From the NCBI GenBank assembly GCA_041601615.1, contig JBFIHX010000003.1, forward strand, positions 32,001 to 96,000: DNA of 64,000 bases. Reading direction: 5' to 3'. Every line of letters starts with the position of its first letter. Positions within the stretch are counted from its first letter, which is position 1. Position numbers and translations under genes: made by a program. This DNA comes from Thermoplasmatota archaeon (GTDB taxonomy: Archaea > Thermoplasmatota > E2 > JACPAO01 > JAHFTW01). Below the pieces are notes generated by a model. It was not told the origin of the DNA, searched no databases, and was given only the letters and a program-made list of their open reading frames with translations. This document shows, in pieces, positions 1 through 8,728 of this stretch.

Positions 1-1
1 C

Positions 2-490
2 ACAGGGGACGATTCCTCCGAACTCACAACCTCCACGGACAACGCAAAGGGCTCGGCGCCCAACTCTGGGTCAGCAGGAACCACCAACGTGACCCCCACC
101 GAGCAGTCCTTCGAGTGGGAAGGCACTCTCAGCAATTTGGCCGCTGCCTGCGTTGTCATCACCTGCGTCGCTCAGGGATCAGGAAATTGGGATGGCGCTA
201 CCAAGCTCACCGACCTCACCGCAGCCAAATTCACGCTCTCTTGGGACGACACCACGGCCCCGGAATTGGGCTTTGGCCTCGCCTCCGCTTGCGATGGCTC
301 GTGCGAGTTCGTCCAATACGCCCAATCGAGTTCTCCGGTGACCTTGGACTTGGGAAACCTTGACCCTGTGATGACGTACACCCTCGTTGCTTGGCACCCG
401 TACCATTGCATTCCCGTGGTCTGTCTGATCGGCACCCAAATCGGCGCCCAGACGGACTTTCAGGTTGCAGGCACCCTCATGGTCGTCTGA
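2..490 (+). CDS. Probable secreted/lipoprotein, 5'-truncated by the window edge
   Basis: Frame of ORF 89..490 is open back to position 2 (S/T/G-rich linker TGDDSSELTTST...), followed by a Cys-containing beta-rich domain. Confidence 0.6.
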   Translation, partial: TGDDSSELTTSTDNAKGSAPNSGSAGTTNVTPTEQSFEWEGTLSNLAAACVVITCVAQGSGNWDGATKLTDLTAAKFTLSWDDTTAPELGFGLASACDGSCEFVQYAQSSSPVTLDLGNLDPVMTYTLVAWHPYHCIPVVCLIGTQIGAQTDFQVAGTLMVV

Positions 491-1091
491 AAACACCACG
501 AACACTGGACCGCGTCACGAGTTCGCCTCGAAGCCTAGGCGTGCGGCGTGACACTTCCAGAGCTTCGGCGACGAACCCCGCCACCTCTCGCTCCATTCGC
601 AGGTCCGTTTCGTCGCTGCAATGCGTCGTGCGTCCATCCTCCAAGCGCCACGTTCCCGCCTCCACTGGCTCGCCCTTGCCGGCCCGCAGGTCATCCGGTG
701 CAAGCCGCTCCACGACGCACACGCCCCCCGGCCGCAGGACCCGGAACGCCTCCTTGGCTGCCTGCGCCCGCCCCGCTGCCAGAAGGTGCCCTGTGCAATG
801 AATGTCCAGCACCGCCGAAAACGACCCATCGGCAAACGGCAGAACGGCCGCGTCCGCCAACACCCGTGCCGGTGCATCCAGCCGCTCCAGGACATTGAAC
901 GAAACATCCAGACCCACCACATCCACGCCCGCCTTCACGAGCGGACCCAGGAGCTTGCCGTTGCCCACACCCAACTCCAAGACCGGGCCCGAACCAAGCA
1001 AAGGCATCAAGTCCAGCACCGGCCGCTCGCCGCGCCACGGCGCCTGCTGGAACCGATAGAACCGATCCCATGCATTCGGCGCACGCTGCAC
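477..1091 (-). CDS. Class I SAM-dependent methyltransferase
   Basis: VLELGVGNG motif I, GLDVS, ADAAVLPFADGSF, RVLRPGG. Confidence 0.85.
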   Translation of the reverse strand: MQRAPNAWDRFYRFQQAPWRGERPVLDLMPLLGSGPVLELGVGNGKLLGPLVKAGVDVVGLDVSFNVLERLDAPARVLADAAVLPFADGSFSAVLDIHCTGHLLAAGRAQAAKEAFRVLRPGGVCVVERLAPDDLRAGKGEPVEAGTWRLEDGRTTHCSDETDLRMEREVAGFVAEALEVSRRTPRLRGELVTRSSVRGVFRRP

Positions 1092-1141
1092 GCGCTGCCG
1101 ACCCCCGGCACCCTGATAAGCGGCATCCGCGTCGAAAAATC

Positions 1142-1573
1142 GTGGCCAAACGGCGCAACAAGGGCGAGGAGAAGCAGACCGCCCGCAAGCGCATTGCCAT
1201 CCTGTTGCGGACTGCCCGAGCCGAAGCGCTCGGACCCGACAAGGACCTTGCCCACGCCCACGGAGGGCTCGCCCTGCGCGTTGCCCGCCGCTACCAAGTT
1301 CCCCTCCACGCCGACCAGAAGGCGCAGGTGTGTCGAAAATGCGGCGCCTACCGCACCCACGACGCCTGCCGCGTTCGTTTGCGTGCCGGCCGCATCACCA
1401 CCACGTGCTTGGCTTGCGGACACGTCCACCGACGCCCCTTGCACCATGCCCGTGCAACAGGCTCGGCCCCGGCCCCGGCCCTGGCTTCTGCACCGGCTTC
1501 TGTTGGTTCGAACAAGCCACAGTCAGCTTCCAACCCATCCATTCCTGCCCCCACGCCCGAGGCATCCTCATGA
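1142..1573 (+). CDS. rnp4: Ribonuclease P protein component 4 (Rpp21)
   Basis: ARKRIAIL...; Zn ribbon CRKC...CLACG; GTG start at 1142; adjacent to yhbY as in many archaea. Confidence 0.85.
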   Translation: MAKRRNKGEEKQTARKRIAILLRTARAEALGPDKDLAHAHGGLALRVARRYQVPLHADQKAQVCRKCGAYRTHDACRVRLRAGRITTTCLACGHVHRRPLHHARATGSAPAPALASAPASVGSNKPQSASNPSIPAPTPEASS

Positions 1574-1851
1574 AACCGCTCACCACCAAGCAGATCTACG
1601 AAAAACGCGCCGAGGCCCAGAAACTCGCCGTGGCCGTCACCGTCGGCAAGAACGGCATCACCGACGCCACCCTCACGGAGTTGGAGCGGCACCTCAAGAA
1701 GGATAAGATGGTGAAAGTCCGCCTCTTGCGCAGCGCGACCGAAGGCGGCGAAAACACATTGGAAGCAGAGCAGGCCGCGAAGCTTGCCGAGGCCACTAAT
1801 TCGGTGATCGTGGACCGACGCGGCCACACGGCCGTCTTTTGGCGACGCTAG
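1570..1851 (+). CDS. YhbY/CRM family RNA-binding protein
   Basis: VTVGKNGIT...LKKDKMVKVRLL...RGHTAVFWR; ATGA overlap with rnp4. Confidence 0.9.
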   Translation: MKPLTTKQIYEKRAEAQKLAVAVTVGKNGITDATLTELERHLKKDKMVKVRLLRSATEGGENTLEAEQAAKLAEATNSVIVDRRGHTAVFWRR

Positions 1852-1945
1852 AAAGCGGCGCGCCCGGCAAGATTGCTTCCTGAACTCAGGGTGTCACGGG
1901 CGCCGTCACATGCGAGAGGGCGTCGCCTGCCAGCGCGATGAAGCT

Positions 1946-1976
1946 GGTGCGGACCCGTGAAACGTGGGGCCGCACC
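1946..1976. terminator. GC-rich hairpin between convergent genes
   Basis: GGTGCGG-ACCC...GGGG-CCGCACC inverted repeat. Confidence 0.35.
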
Positions 1977-1986
1977 GCGCTGTTGC

Positions 1987-2475
1987 TTACCGGGTGTGGC
2001 ATAACGCATTCCACGGTTGGGCTGCCAAGGCATCCTCGATGTGGATCACACAGCTGAAATCATACGATATGCCGTCGAGCGGAACGAGATTGGCATTGCC
2101 ACCAGGGGTGGTGAATCCGATGTCGATCGAACTGGTGCCGCAAATTCCGGTGACTTCCATGATGGTCGAGGCGGTGGTAGTGCCGGGTCCTGCTTGGCCA
2201 CTGATGATGGCGCCCCAGCAATAGCCAGCGCCATTGGGCCGGACGACTCCATGGCAATCAACGGTGATGTTCACGGCGGGTGCAACGGCGTTGTCGGAAT
2301 CGGTGCAGATTCAGTATGGAGACGCGGGTGTCAGGATGGTGGGACTCGGATCGCCCACGTTTTGGAAGGCGAAAATGGTACCGGGAAATTGCGTGGAGGC
2401 TGCTTCGACCACGGGGGCCGATGGAATAGCGACAACAATCAGGAGGCTGGCGACGGCGACGGCTGCGAGGCGCAT
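1987..2475 (-). pseudogene. Secreted Cys-containing protein, paralogue 1, interrupted by an in-frame TGA at 2311-2313
   Basis: ORFs 2311..2526 and 1987..2274 are in the same frame; PY*ICT aligns with PYWSCT of the neighbouring paralogue; signal peptide MRLAAVAVAS...VEA. Confidence 0.7.
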
Positions 2476-2640
2476 CGACAAGTAACAACCACAAGAGTAC
2501 TTGACTTGCAACGGGGAACAAAACAACGAAAAATCATCAGATTAAGCATCTTTAGTGCTGATAAAAGAAAAACAATGGGCAAAAGAGGGGGAGGTAGAAC
2601 GCTAGGTGCCTAGTGCTGCACGATTTGCATCAACGGAAGC

Positions 2641-3195
2641 CTACTCGTTGCCGTAACAGAATGCGTTCCACGGCTGGGCGCCAACGGCCATGTCGATGTG
2701 GATGACGCAGGTGAACTCGTCGGACCAGTTGGCGGGGCCGGTGTCGGCGCGGGAGCCGGGCGTGATGTAGGAGACGCTGGACCAGCCGGTGCCGCAAAAG
2801 CCGCTCACTTGCATGAGCGTGGACGTGCCGACGGGGTTGATGCCCTCGGGGGGCGCAATGATGGGGCTGATCAGGTCAGAAACCGTCGGGTCCATGGGGA
2901 ATCCCGCACCGCTTTGGGCTCCGACGCGAACACCGGTGCAGGCGCCGGCTCCCGCAGGCAGAACGGTTCCTACGCAGTCCACGGTGATGTCCACGGCGGG
3001 AGCGACCGATGTGTCGGTGGTGGTGCAGCTCCAGTACGGGGCTGCAAAGGCCATGACGGTCACGGAAACATCCCCGACGTTCTGGTACGCGACGATGACT
3101 GGATGGACGGCTGTGGATGCCGCTTCGACCACGGGGGCCGTGGGAATGGCGACGACGGTCAGAAGTGTGGCGACGGCGAAAGCTGCGAGACGCAT
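2641..3195 (-). CDS. Secreted Cys-containing protein, paralogue 2
   Basis: Signal peptide MRLAAFAVATLL...VEA; shared motifs VDITVDC, GVRVGAQSG, TPG, CVIHID, PWNAFC. Confidence 0.8.
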   Translation of the reverse strand: MRLAAFAVATLLTVVAIPTAPVVEAASTAVHPVIVAYQNVGDVSVTVMAFAAPYWSCTTTDTSVAPAVDITVDCVGTVLPAGAGACTGVRVGAQSGAGFPMDPTVSDLISPIIAPPEGINPVGTSTLMQVSGFCGTGWSSVSYITPGSRADTGPANWSDEFTCVIHIDMAVGAQPWNAFCYGNE

Positions 3196-3393
3196 CGGCC
3201 TGAAACCGCTAGAGGGGTACTTGACCGGCGACGGGGAACAAAGCGACTCCCAAGGGACTGAGAAAGGAGCTGGGTCTGGACATGCAGGGGCTGAGTGCAA
3301 TCGTACAATCCAGAAGCTCAGAAGGGAAGAGGGGAGAGAAGATCGGGCCCATCAAGGCCTGGCAGGGTTGAAACCAAGCAAGCGCCGCGAAAC

Positions 3394-3969
3394 CTAGGCG
3401 GCGCCGAGGCAGAAGGCGTTCCAGGGGTATGCCTTGGCTCCATCATCGATGTGCAGCGTGCACTGGAATGTCGTGCCGGTGCCCACATCGCTGGCGGCGT
3501 TGGCGCCGGGCGTGTAGAATCCGGCGTTGGCGTGCGCCGTGGGTCCGCAGGTGCCATCGATTTCCATCCAGGTCTCGCCTGCCAGTGCGTTCACGACGGG
3601 GGCCGGCGGCGCCATGACGGGCGCGATCAAATCAAGCACGAGTGCGGAAGCCTGGGGGTCGGAGCCGCTCTGGGCGCCGACGCGAATGCCGCGGCAGCGG
3701 CCCTCGAAGTTCGACAGAGTTTGGCTGGTGCAGCTTACGGTCACGTCGACAACGACACCTGGGGGCGAAGTGGCGATGTTGCAGTTCCAAGCCTCGCCAT
3801 CCGGAGTAGCCGATGAAATGAGGATGCCGGGCGGCGTCACGGTCCCGGTGCTGTAAATGTACACAAAGGAAGGCACGGGGTGGCGGGCCGCTGCCTCCGC
3901 ACTTGGCGCCTCCAGGGGTAGGACGACGACGGTCAGTAACAAGGCGACAGCGACAGCAAATGCACGCAT
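3394..3969 (-). CDS. Secreted Cys-containing protein, paralogue 3
   Basis: Signal peptide; VDVTVSC, GIRVGAQSG, CTLHID, PWNAFC. Confidence 0.8.
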   Translation of the reverse strand: MRAFAVAVALLLTVVVLPLEAPSAEAAARHPVPSFVYIYSTGTVTPPGILISSATPDGEAWNCNIATSPPGVVVDVTVSCTSQTLSNFEGRCRGIRVGAQSGSDPQASALVLDLIAPVMAPPAPVVNALAGETWMEIDGTCGPTAHANAGFYTPGANAASDVGTGTTFQCTLHIDDGAKAYPWNAFCLGAA

Positions 3970-4303
3970 GATGCCGGAATTGGGCCGATGCTCTTAACGA
4001 GCGACGGGGAACAAACCGAAGCCTACTGCACAAGTCACCTCCGCTTCCCTCCGCGTCTATCCGTTTCTCCCCGCTTCCCTCGCCTCCTCTCTGTCTCCCC
4101 GTGTCGCTCCTCCATGCCTGCTTCTGCGCGCCTCGCATCCCCTCCGCTCCCCGCCTAGCCCCTCCGTACGCCTCCCAAACTCCCCCAAACCACCGAAGAC
4201 ACCATATGCCCCGCCAGCTCAGACCGACCACCGGGCGCCATCGGGGGCGCCCCCCGCCCTGTACTCGTACAACAGGGCCAAGAAGCCAACAGCCGCCGCA
4301 ACT

Positions 4304-4311
4304 GGTATATA
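4304..4311 (+). promoter_or_regulatory. Candidate TATA box of the rps19e cluster
   Basis: GGTATATA about 45 bp upstream of the rps19e ATG in GC-rich context. Confidence 0.4.
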
Positions 4312-4355
4312 CCGTACCCTTGTCGCCGACTTTTGCTTCCCCGGGAGAGAGGCTA

Positions 4356-4808
4356 ATGACCACAGTCTATGATGTCCCCGCAAACCAGCTCATCACCGAG
4401 GTCGCTTCGGAGCTCCGTAAGAACAAGAGCATCGAAGCCCCCGAGTGGGCGTCCTTCGTAAAGACGGGCATCCACAAGGAAAAACCCCCGGTCGATGACA
4501 ACTGGTGGCACACGCGCGTCGCCGCCGTGCTGCGCAAGGTATACGTCGAAGGTCCCATCGGGACCGAGCGCCTACGCCAGCACTTCGGTGGCACCCGCGA
4601 CCGTGGCGCCAAGCCAAACAAGGCCGCAAGTGGCTCCGGTAGCATCGCCCGCAAGGCGCTGCAACAACTGGAAGCCGCAGGACTTGTTCAGAACGTACAG
4701 AGCCAAGGACGCGTCGTCTCGCCGCAGGGACGCAGCCTCCTGGACAACACCGCACACTCCGTGCGGCAAGTGCTCCAGAAGGAAATCCCCACGCTCAAGA
4801 ACTACTAA
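4356..4808 (+). CDS. rps19e: 30S ribosomal protein S19e
   Basis: MTTVYDVPA...[10 protein letters not shown]...[14 protein letters not shown]...[14 protein letters not shown]. Confidence 0.97.
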   Translation: MTTVYDVPANQLITEVASELRKNKSIEAPEWASFVKTGIHKEKPPVDDNWWHTRVAAVLRKVYVEGPIGTERLRQHFGGTRDRGAKPNKAASGSGSIARKALQQLEAAGLVQNVQSQGRVVSPQGRSLLDNTAHSVRQVLQKEIPTLKNY

Positions 4809-4816
4809 GGAGAAAC

Positions 4817-5161
4817 ATGGACGACTTGGAGGCAGCCCGACAACGGCGACTCCAGGAACTCCAACGGCGGCAAGCCGAACTCGCCGGCACTCCTGACGCC
4901 AAGGCGCAAGCCGAGGCCGCCAGAGCCGAGCAAGAGGCTGCCGTCGAACGGGTCCTCCAGCAAATCCTGGAACCCGAGGCGCGCGAGCGTCTCACTCGCA
5001 TCCGCATGAGCCGACCCGATTTTGCCGAGTCCGTCACGAGACAACTCGTGTCCCTCGCGCAATCGGGACGGGTCGCTCGTCGCATCAATGACGAGGACCT
5101 GCGCCAGATTCTGGCACAGCTCACCCCCAAGCAACGAGACATCAACATCACCCGCAAATGA
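4817..5161 (+). CDS. DNA-binding protein, PDCD5 family
   Basis: RQRRLQELQ...[19 protein letters not shown]...DINITRK; conserved position after rps19e. Confidence 0.92.
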   Translation: MDDLEAARQRRLQELQRRQAELAGTPDAKAQAEAARAEQEAAVERVLQQILEPEARERLTRIRMSRPDFAESVTRQLVSLAQSGRVARRINDEDLRQILAQLTPKQRDINITRK

Positions 5162-5185
5162 CGCCCCGAGAGGGGAGGAAGAGAC

Positions 5186-5341
5186 ATGGCTAGCAAGAAA
5201 CCGATCGCGAAGAAACTCCGCCTTATGCGCGCGGAGAAGAGCAACCGCCGAGTGCCGGCGTGGATTATGATCCGCACCAGCCGACGGTTCGTCGCGCACC
5301 CGAAGCGCCGCAACTGGCGCCGGAACCGCCTGAAGCAATGA
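5186..5341 (+). CDS. rpl39e: 50S ribosomal protein L39e (absent from the ORF track)
   Basis: Manual translation [51 protein letters not shown]; GGAGG upstream. Confidence 0.95.
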   Translation: MASKKPIAKKLRLMRAEKSNRRVPAWIMIRTSRRFVAHPKRRNWRRNRLKQ

Positions 5342-5350
5342 GGTATTCCC

Positions 5351-5953
5351 ATGGCTGACAATGTCTCTGAACTCGAACGCGTTTACACCATCCCCCTGCG
5401 CGACGCCCACCACGGCAAACGCAGCAAGCGCGCGGACCGTGCCGTCCGCAACGTCCGCACTTTCCTGACGCGCCACATGAAATCCAGCAACATCTGGATC
5501 TCTGGCGATGTCAACGAGACCCTCTGGGCTCGTGGCAAGTACACCATCCCGTCCAAGATTCGCGTCCGTGCGACGCGCTTTGCCGACGGTGTCGTGGAAG
5601 TCACGCTGCCCGAGATGGAATCCGTTGGATCCGTGCGCGAACAAATCGCCGAACGCCAGGAGAAGAAGGCCGAGTCCCCGGTCCTTGCCCCCATGGGTAT
5701 GGAAGACGAGGGCGAGGAAGTCTCCGAGGCCGCCCGCCAGCCCGTCACCACTGTGACTGGCATTGGTCCCGCTACTGCCGAGAAGCTCGAAAAGATCGAG
5801 ATCGAGACGGTGGGCGACCTGGCAGCGGCCAGTCCTGCGGCGGTCGCCGAGGCGCTGGGCAAGGATGTCGACGCAGTGATGCCCTGGATCACGGCAGCTC
5901 AAGAGCTGGCCGCGGTCGAGGCTGCCCCTGCCGACGACTCCGAAGAGGAGTAA
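5351..5953 (+). CDS. rpl31e: 50S ribosomal protein L31e with an acidic linker and C-terminal helix-hairpin-helix domain
   Basis: ERVYTIPLR...RADRAV...VNETLWARG...PSKIRVRA; C-terminal VTGIGPATAEKL HhH motif. Confidence 0.93.
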   Translation: MADNVSELERVYTIPLRDAHHGKRSKRADRAVRNVRTFLTRHMKSSNIWISGDVNETLWARGKYTIPSKIRVRATRFADGVVEVTLPEMESVGSVREQIAERQEKKAESPVLAPMGMEDEGEEVSEAARQPVTTVTGIGPATAEKLEKIEIETVGDLAAASPAAVAEALGKDVDAVMPWITAAQELAAVEAAPADDSEEE

Positions 5954-5969
5954 ATCGGAGCCCGGTCCC

Positions 5970-6638
5970 GTGTTCAAACGCCTTGATCCCTTTGGGAACC
6001 CCAACGTAGGCGTCTACGCACGGGCCACCTCTACCCACCTTTTCCTGCCTCCCGGCTTGACTGACCAGAATGTGTCGGACTTCAAGGAGGCGCTCGGACT
6101 GGACGCGGTCCGCGTGACCATTGGCGGCAGCACCCTCGTGGGCAGCTTGCTGGTGGGCAACAAAAATGGCATCGTCGCTGCGGATTTCGTGCGCGAGTCG
6201 GAACTGGAGATCCTTCGTTCGACGGGTCTTGAGGTGCTTCGGCTCAAGAGCGCGCGGTTCAATGCGGCGGGCAACAACGTCCTGTGCAACGACAAGGGTG
6301 CAATTTGCCACCCGGACCTGACGAAGGGTGCGTTCAATGCGATGCAGGACGCGCTCGGTGTCGAGGTGGTGCGCGGCGAGATTGCCGGCATTTCTACGAT
6401 GGGCACGGCTGCGGTTGCAACCAATCGCGGTGTCTTGTGCCATCCTCTGACTACGGACGAGGAACTTAGTTTCATCAAGGGGGCGCTTCATGTGCCCGCC
6501 CGGATCGGGACCGTCAACCATGGCCACGGCCTTGTTGGTGCTGGACTCAGCGCCAACGACGTGGGTGTGGTGAGCGGTACTCGTACGACCGGCATCGAAC
6601 TGGGGCGTATTGAAGACGCCCTCGGATTCCTGGAGTAA
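5970..6638 (+). CDS. eif6: Translation initiation factor aIF-6
   Basis: GNPNVGVY, IGGSTLVGSL, GNNVLCND, GTVNHG, TTGIELGRIEDAL. Confidence 0.95.
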   Translation: MFKRLDPFGNPNVGVYARATSTHLFLPPGLTDQNVSDFKEALGLDAVRVTIGGSTLVGSLLVGNKNGIVAADFVRESELEILRSTGLEVLRLKSARFNAAGNNVLCNDKGAICHPDLTKGAFNAMQDALGVEVVRGEIAGISTMGTAAVATNRGVLCHPLTTDEELSFIKGALHVPARIGTVNHGHGLVGAGLSANDVGVVSGTRTTGIELGRIEDALGFLE

Positions 6639-6643
6639 TCACC

Positions 6644-6865
6644 ATGAGCAAAAACGCGTACAAGGTCGACGGCGACTTCCAGATGGGTCGCATCCGCCAG
6701 CACTTCGCCATCGAGGTCGTCGGAGCCGACGAGGATGCAGCCCGCGAGGCCGCTTACACGGACCTCGGCAGCCGCCACAGTGCCAAGCGCCGTGATGTAA
6801 CCATCACGGGCGTGGCGCAGATCCCGAAGGACCAAGCTGACCCCATCACCCAAAAGCGCTTGTGA
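6644..6865 (+). CDS. rplX: 50S ribosomal protein L18Ae/LX
   Basis: F.IEV...AREAAYTDLGSRHSAKRRDVTI; conserved position between aIF6 and pfdA. Confidence 0.9.
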   Translation: MSKNAYKVDGDFQMGRIRQHFAIEVVGADEDAAREAAYTDLGSRHSAKRRDVTITGVAQIPKDQADPITQKRL

Positions 6866-7269
6866 GCGCCGAGGAGGACCCGCAGCAGGTCATCGCCCAA
6901 TACGAGGCGACCCAAGCGCAGCTTCAGCAATTGGACGGTCGTTTGAGCCGGCTGGAGGAGGTTCTTTTGGAGCTTCGGCGCTCCAAGAGTACCTTGGAGT
7001 CGCTTGAGGGCGATCAGGAGGCTTTGGTGCCCATTGGTGCGGGCTTGCATGTGCGTGCTCGCATTGCGGGCGCGGCGCCTGTGGTGACGCCGGTTGGCGC
7101 TGGCTATGCTGCGGACAAATCCGTGGACGATGCCAAGGCGATGCTGGATGCGCAAATGGCGGAGACCAGTGCGGCCATGGAGTCTTCGTCGGCACAGGCG
7201 GAGCGATTGGCTCGGTCGATGCAGGCGTTGACGCAGAAGTTGCAGTCGATGCAGCAAGATTCTTCCTAA
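6862..7269 (+). CDS. pfdA: Prefoldin subunit alpha
   Basis: Coiled coils flanking LVPIGAG...VGAGYAADKS. Confidence 0.9.
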   Translation: MSAEEDPQQVIAQYEATQAQLQQLDGRLSRLEEVLLELRRSKSTLESLEGDQEALVPIGAGLHVRARIAGAAPVVTPVGAGYAADKSVDDAKAMLDAQMAETSAAMESSSAQAERLARSMQALTQKLQSMQQDSS

Positions 7270-7294
7270 TCTCTTTCCCTCTCGCTTTGCAGAC

Positions 7295-7365
7295 GCGCCT
7301 GTGGTCTAATGGTATGACGGTAGCTTCCCAAGCTACCTGCCCGGGTTCGATTCCCGGCGGGCGCA
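7295..7365 (+). tRNA. tRNA-Gly(CCC)
   Basis: Acceptor stem GCGCCTG/CGGGCGC, anticodon arm GTAGC-TTCCCAA-GCTAC, T-loop GGTTCGATTCC; no intron, no encoded CCA. Confidence 0.95.
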
Positions 7366-7482
7366 TTTCTTGGGCTGGCGAGTGGGCGCGCCGTGGATTG
7401 ACGGTTGGGTGGGATTGTGGTTTGATTTGTTTGACAGGCTCCGCCCCGAGCCCTTAAGATATGGGCCCCGCTCCGCGCCACA

Positions 7483-7641
7483 ATGGCTGAAAGTCAGCGC
7501 AAGGTGGAAGAGGTGAAGGCGGCCACGGATGATGACGCACAGCGCGCTCGTGATCGCCGCAACTTGGTCATCATGTTCATCGGTGGCGCCCTCGTCGTCG
7601 TGGCGATGATCTTCATCTCCAAGTTCCTGAGCGGCCAATAA
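7483..7641 (+). CDS. Small membrane-anchored protein (52 aa, absent from the ORF track)
   Basis: MAESQRKVEEVKAATDDDAQRARDRRNLVIMFIGGALVVVAMIFISKFLSGQ: charged N-terminus plus C-terminal TM helix; CTTAAGATAT about 25 bp upstream. Confidence 0.65.
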   Translation: MAESQRKVEEVKAATDDDAQRARDRRNLVIMFIGGALVVVAMIFISKFLSGQ

Positions 7642-7741
7642 GTTCCGTTCTCCTCGTTTGCTTGGAGGGTTTGGGGTTGTTCGGTTCGTAGGGTAGCGGA
7701 TGCTGGGCTTGGGGCTGGTTTGGGCTGTTTGTTTCTGCGTG

Positions 7742-8659
7742 TTACTGCGGTAGCGCGGGTGATCCTTGTTCGACGAAGGTCCATCCGGGTTCGGGTGTAA
7801 AGCCGTAGAAGATGGTGGTGAAGTGCGTGAAACGTTGGTCGAAGGTGGCTCCGGCGGTGTCGCCGCTTCCGGCTGCTGCGGCGGAGAAGACGCGCACGAT
7901 GAGTGGTTGTGTTTCGTCGTAGCCGGCGGCCTCGATTTGTGTGGTGTTGCTGACGACGGCGAGGGGGCTTGTGCCGCTGACGCCGTTGTCGCAGAGGAAG
8001 CCGTCGTTGGTGGTGCATTCCCAGGAGTGGAGCAGTTCGAGGTCGTCTCCTAGTGGTTGGGTGCTGTCCCAGACCATTTCGGTTTGGATCCACTGGGGTT
8101 GGCGTTCTAGTTCGTATTCAATGAGGGGTTCGTCGATGGGTTGTCCGGTGATGTCGAGGATGCTGCATACGTTGCCGCCGACACTACCGATGCCGGGGGC
8201 TCCGGCGCGGGCGCTGCATTGCAGGAAGCCTTCGAATTGGTATTGTTGAATGAAGGGGCGGGTTTCGAGGTCGTGTTCGATCATCATTTTGAGGATGGGT
8301 GGGCGGTCCACTCCTGCGGCGACGTTGGTGCTGGTTTGTGCGGAGGCGTATCCGAGTTTGCTGACTTCGACGAAGTAGGTGCCGGGGGTGAGGTCTTCGA
8401 ACCAGAATTGGCCGTCGGCGTCGGTGGTGGTGCTGGCGCCTCCTGGGATTTGCACGGTGGCGTTGGGTACGGGGACGATGCTGGGGTCGATGACGATGCC
8501 TCGGATGACGCCGGTGGTGTCGGTGGCTTGCACTTCGGCGCCGAAGCCGTCCTCTTCGGTGGGGGGTGCGGGGTCGCTTGCGCAGCCGGCCAGTGCGACG
8601 AGGATTAGGGTTAGGGCGGTGGTGGTGATGGACGCGACGCGTGGGGGGCCCGTGTGCAT
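7742..8659 (-). CDS. Lipoprotein with a carboxypeptidase-regulatory-like domain
   Basis: Lipobox LAGC; GVIRGIVID...TTTDADGQF...LTPGTYFVEVSKLGY. Confidence 0.8.
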   Translation of the reverse strand: MHTGPPRVASITTTALTLILVALAGCASDPAPPTEEDGFGAEVQATDTTGVIRGIVIDPSIVPVPNATVQIPGGASTTTDADGQFWFEDLTPGTYFVEVSKLGYASAQTSTNVAAGVDRPPILKMMIEHDLETRPFIQQYQFEGFLQCSARAGAPGIGSVGGNVCSILDITGQPIDEPLIEYELERQPQWIQTEMVWDSTQPLGDDLELLHSWECTTNDGFLCDNGVSGTSPLAVVSNTTQIEAAGYDETQPLIVRVFSAAAAGSGDTAGATFDQRFTHFTTIFYGFTPEPGWTFVEQGSPALPQ

Positions 8660-8728
8660 GGGCCGTTCTTGGTTGGGGTGTTTCTAGGACCCTGCGCCGG
8701 TCCCGTTTTGGCTCTTGCTTGGGGGTTT

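Noticed and set aside
2311-2313. TGA-to-Trp or selenocysteine recoding
   Set aside because: TGA terminates conserved genes here (rpl39e, PDCD5-like, fumC), Trp is otherwise TGG, and the aligned residue is Trp rather than Cys.
7295-7750. Integrative element at tRNA-Gly
   Set aside because: No integrase and no duplicated tRNA 3' end found in the window.
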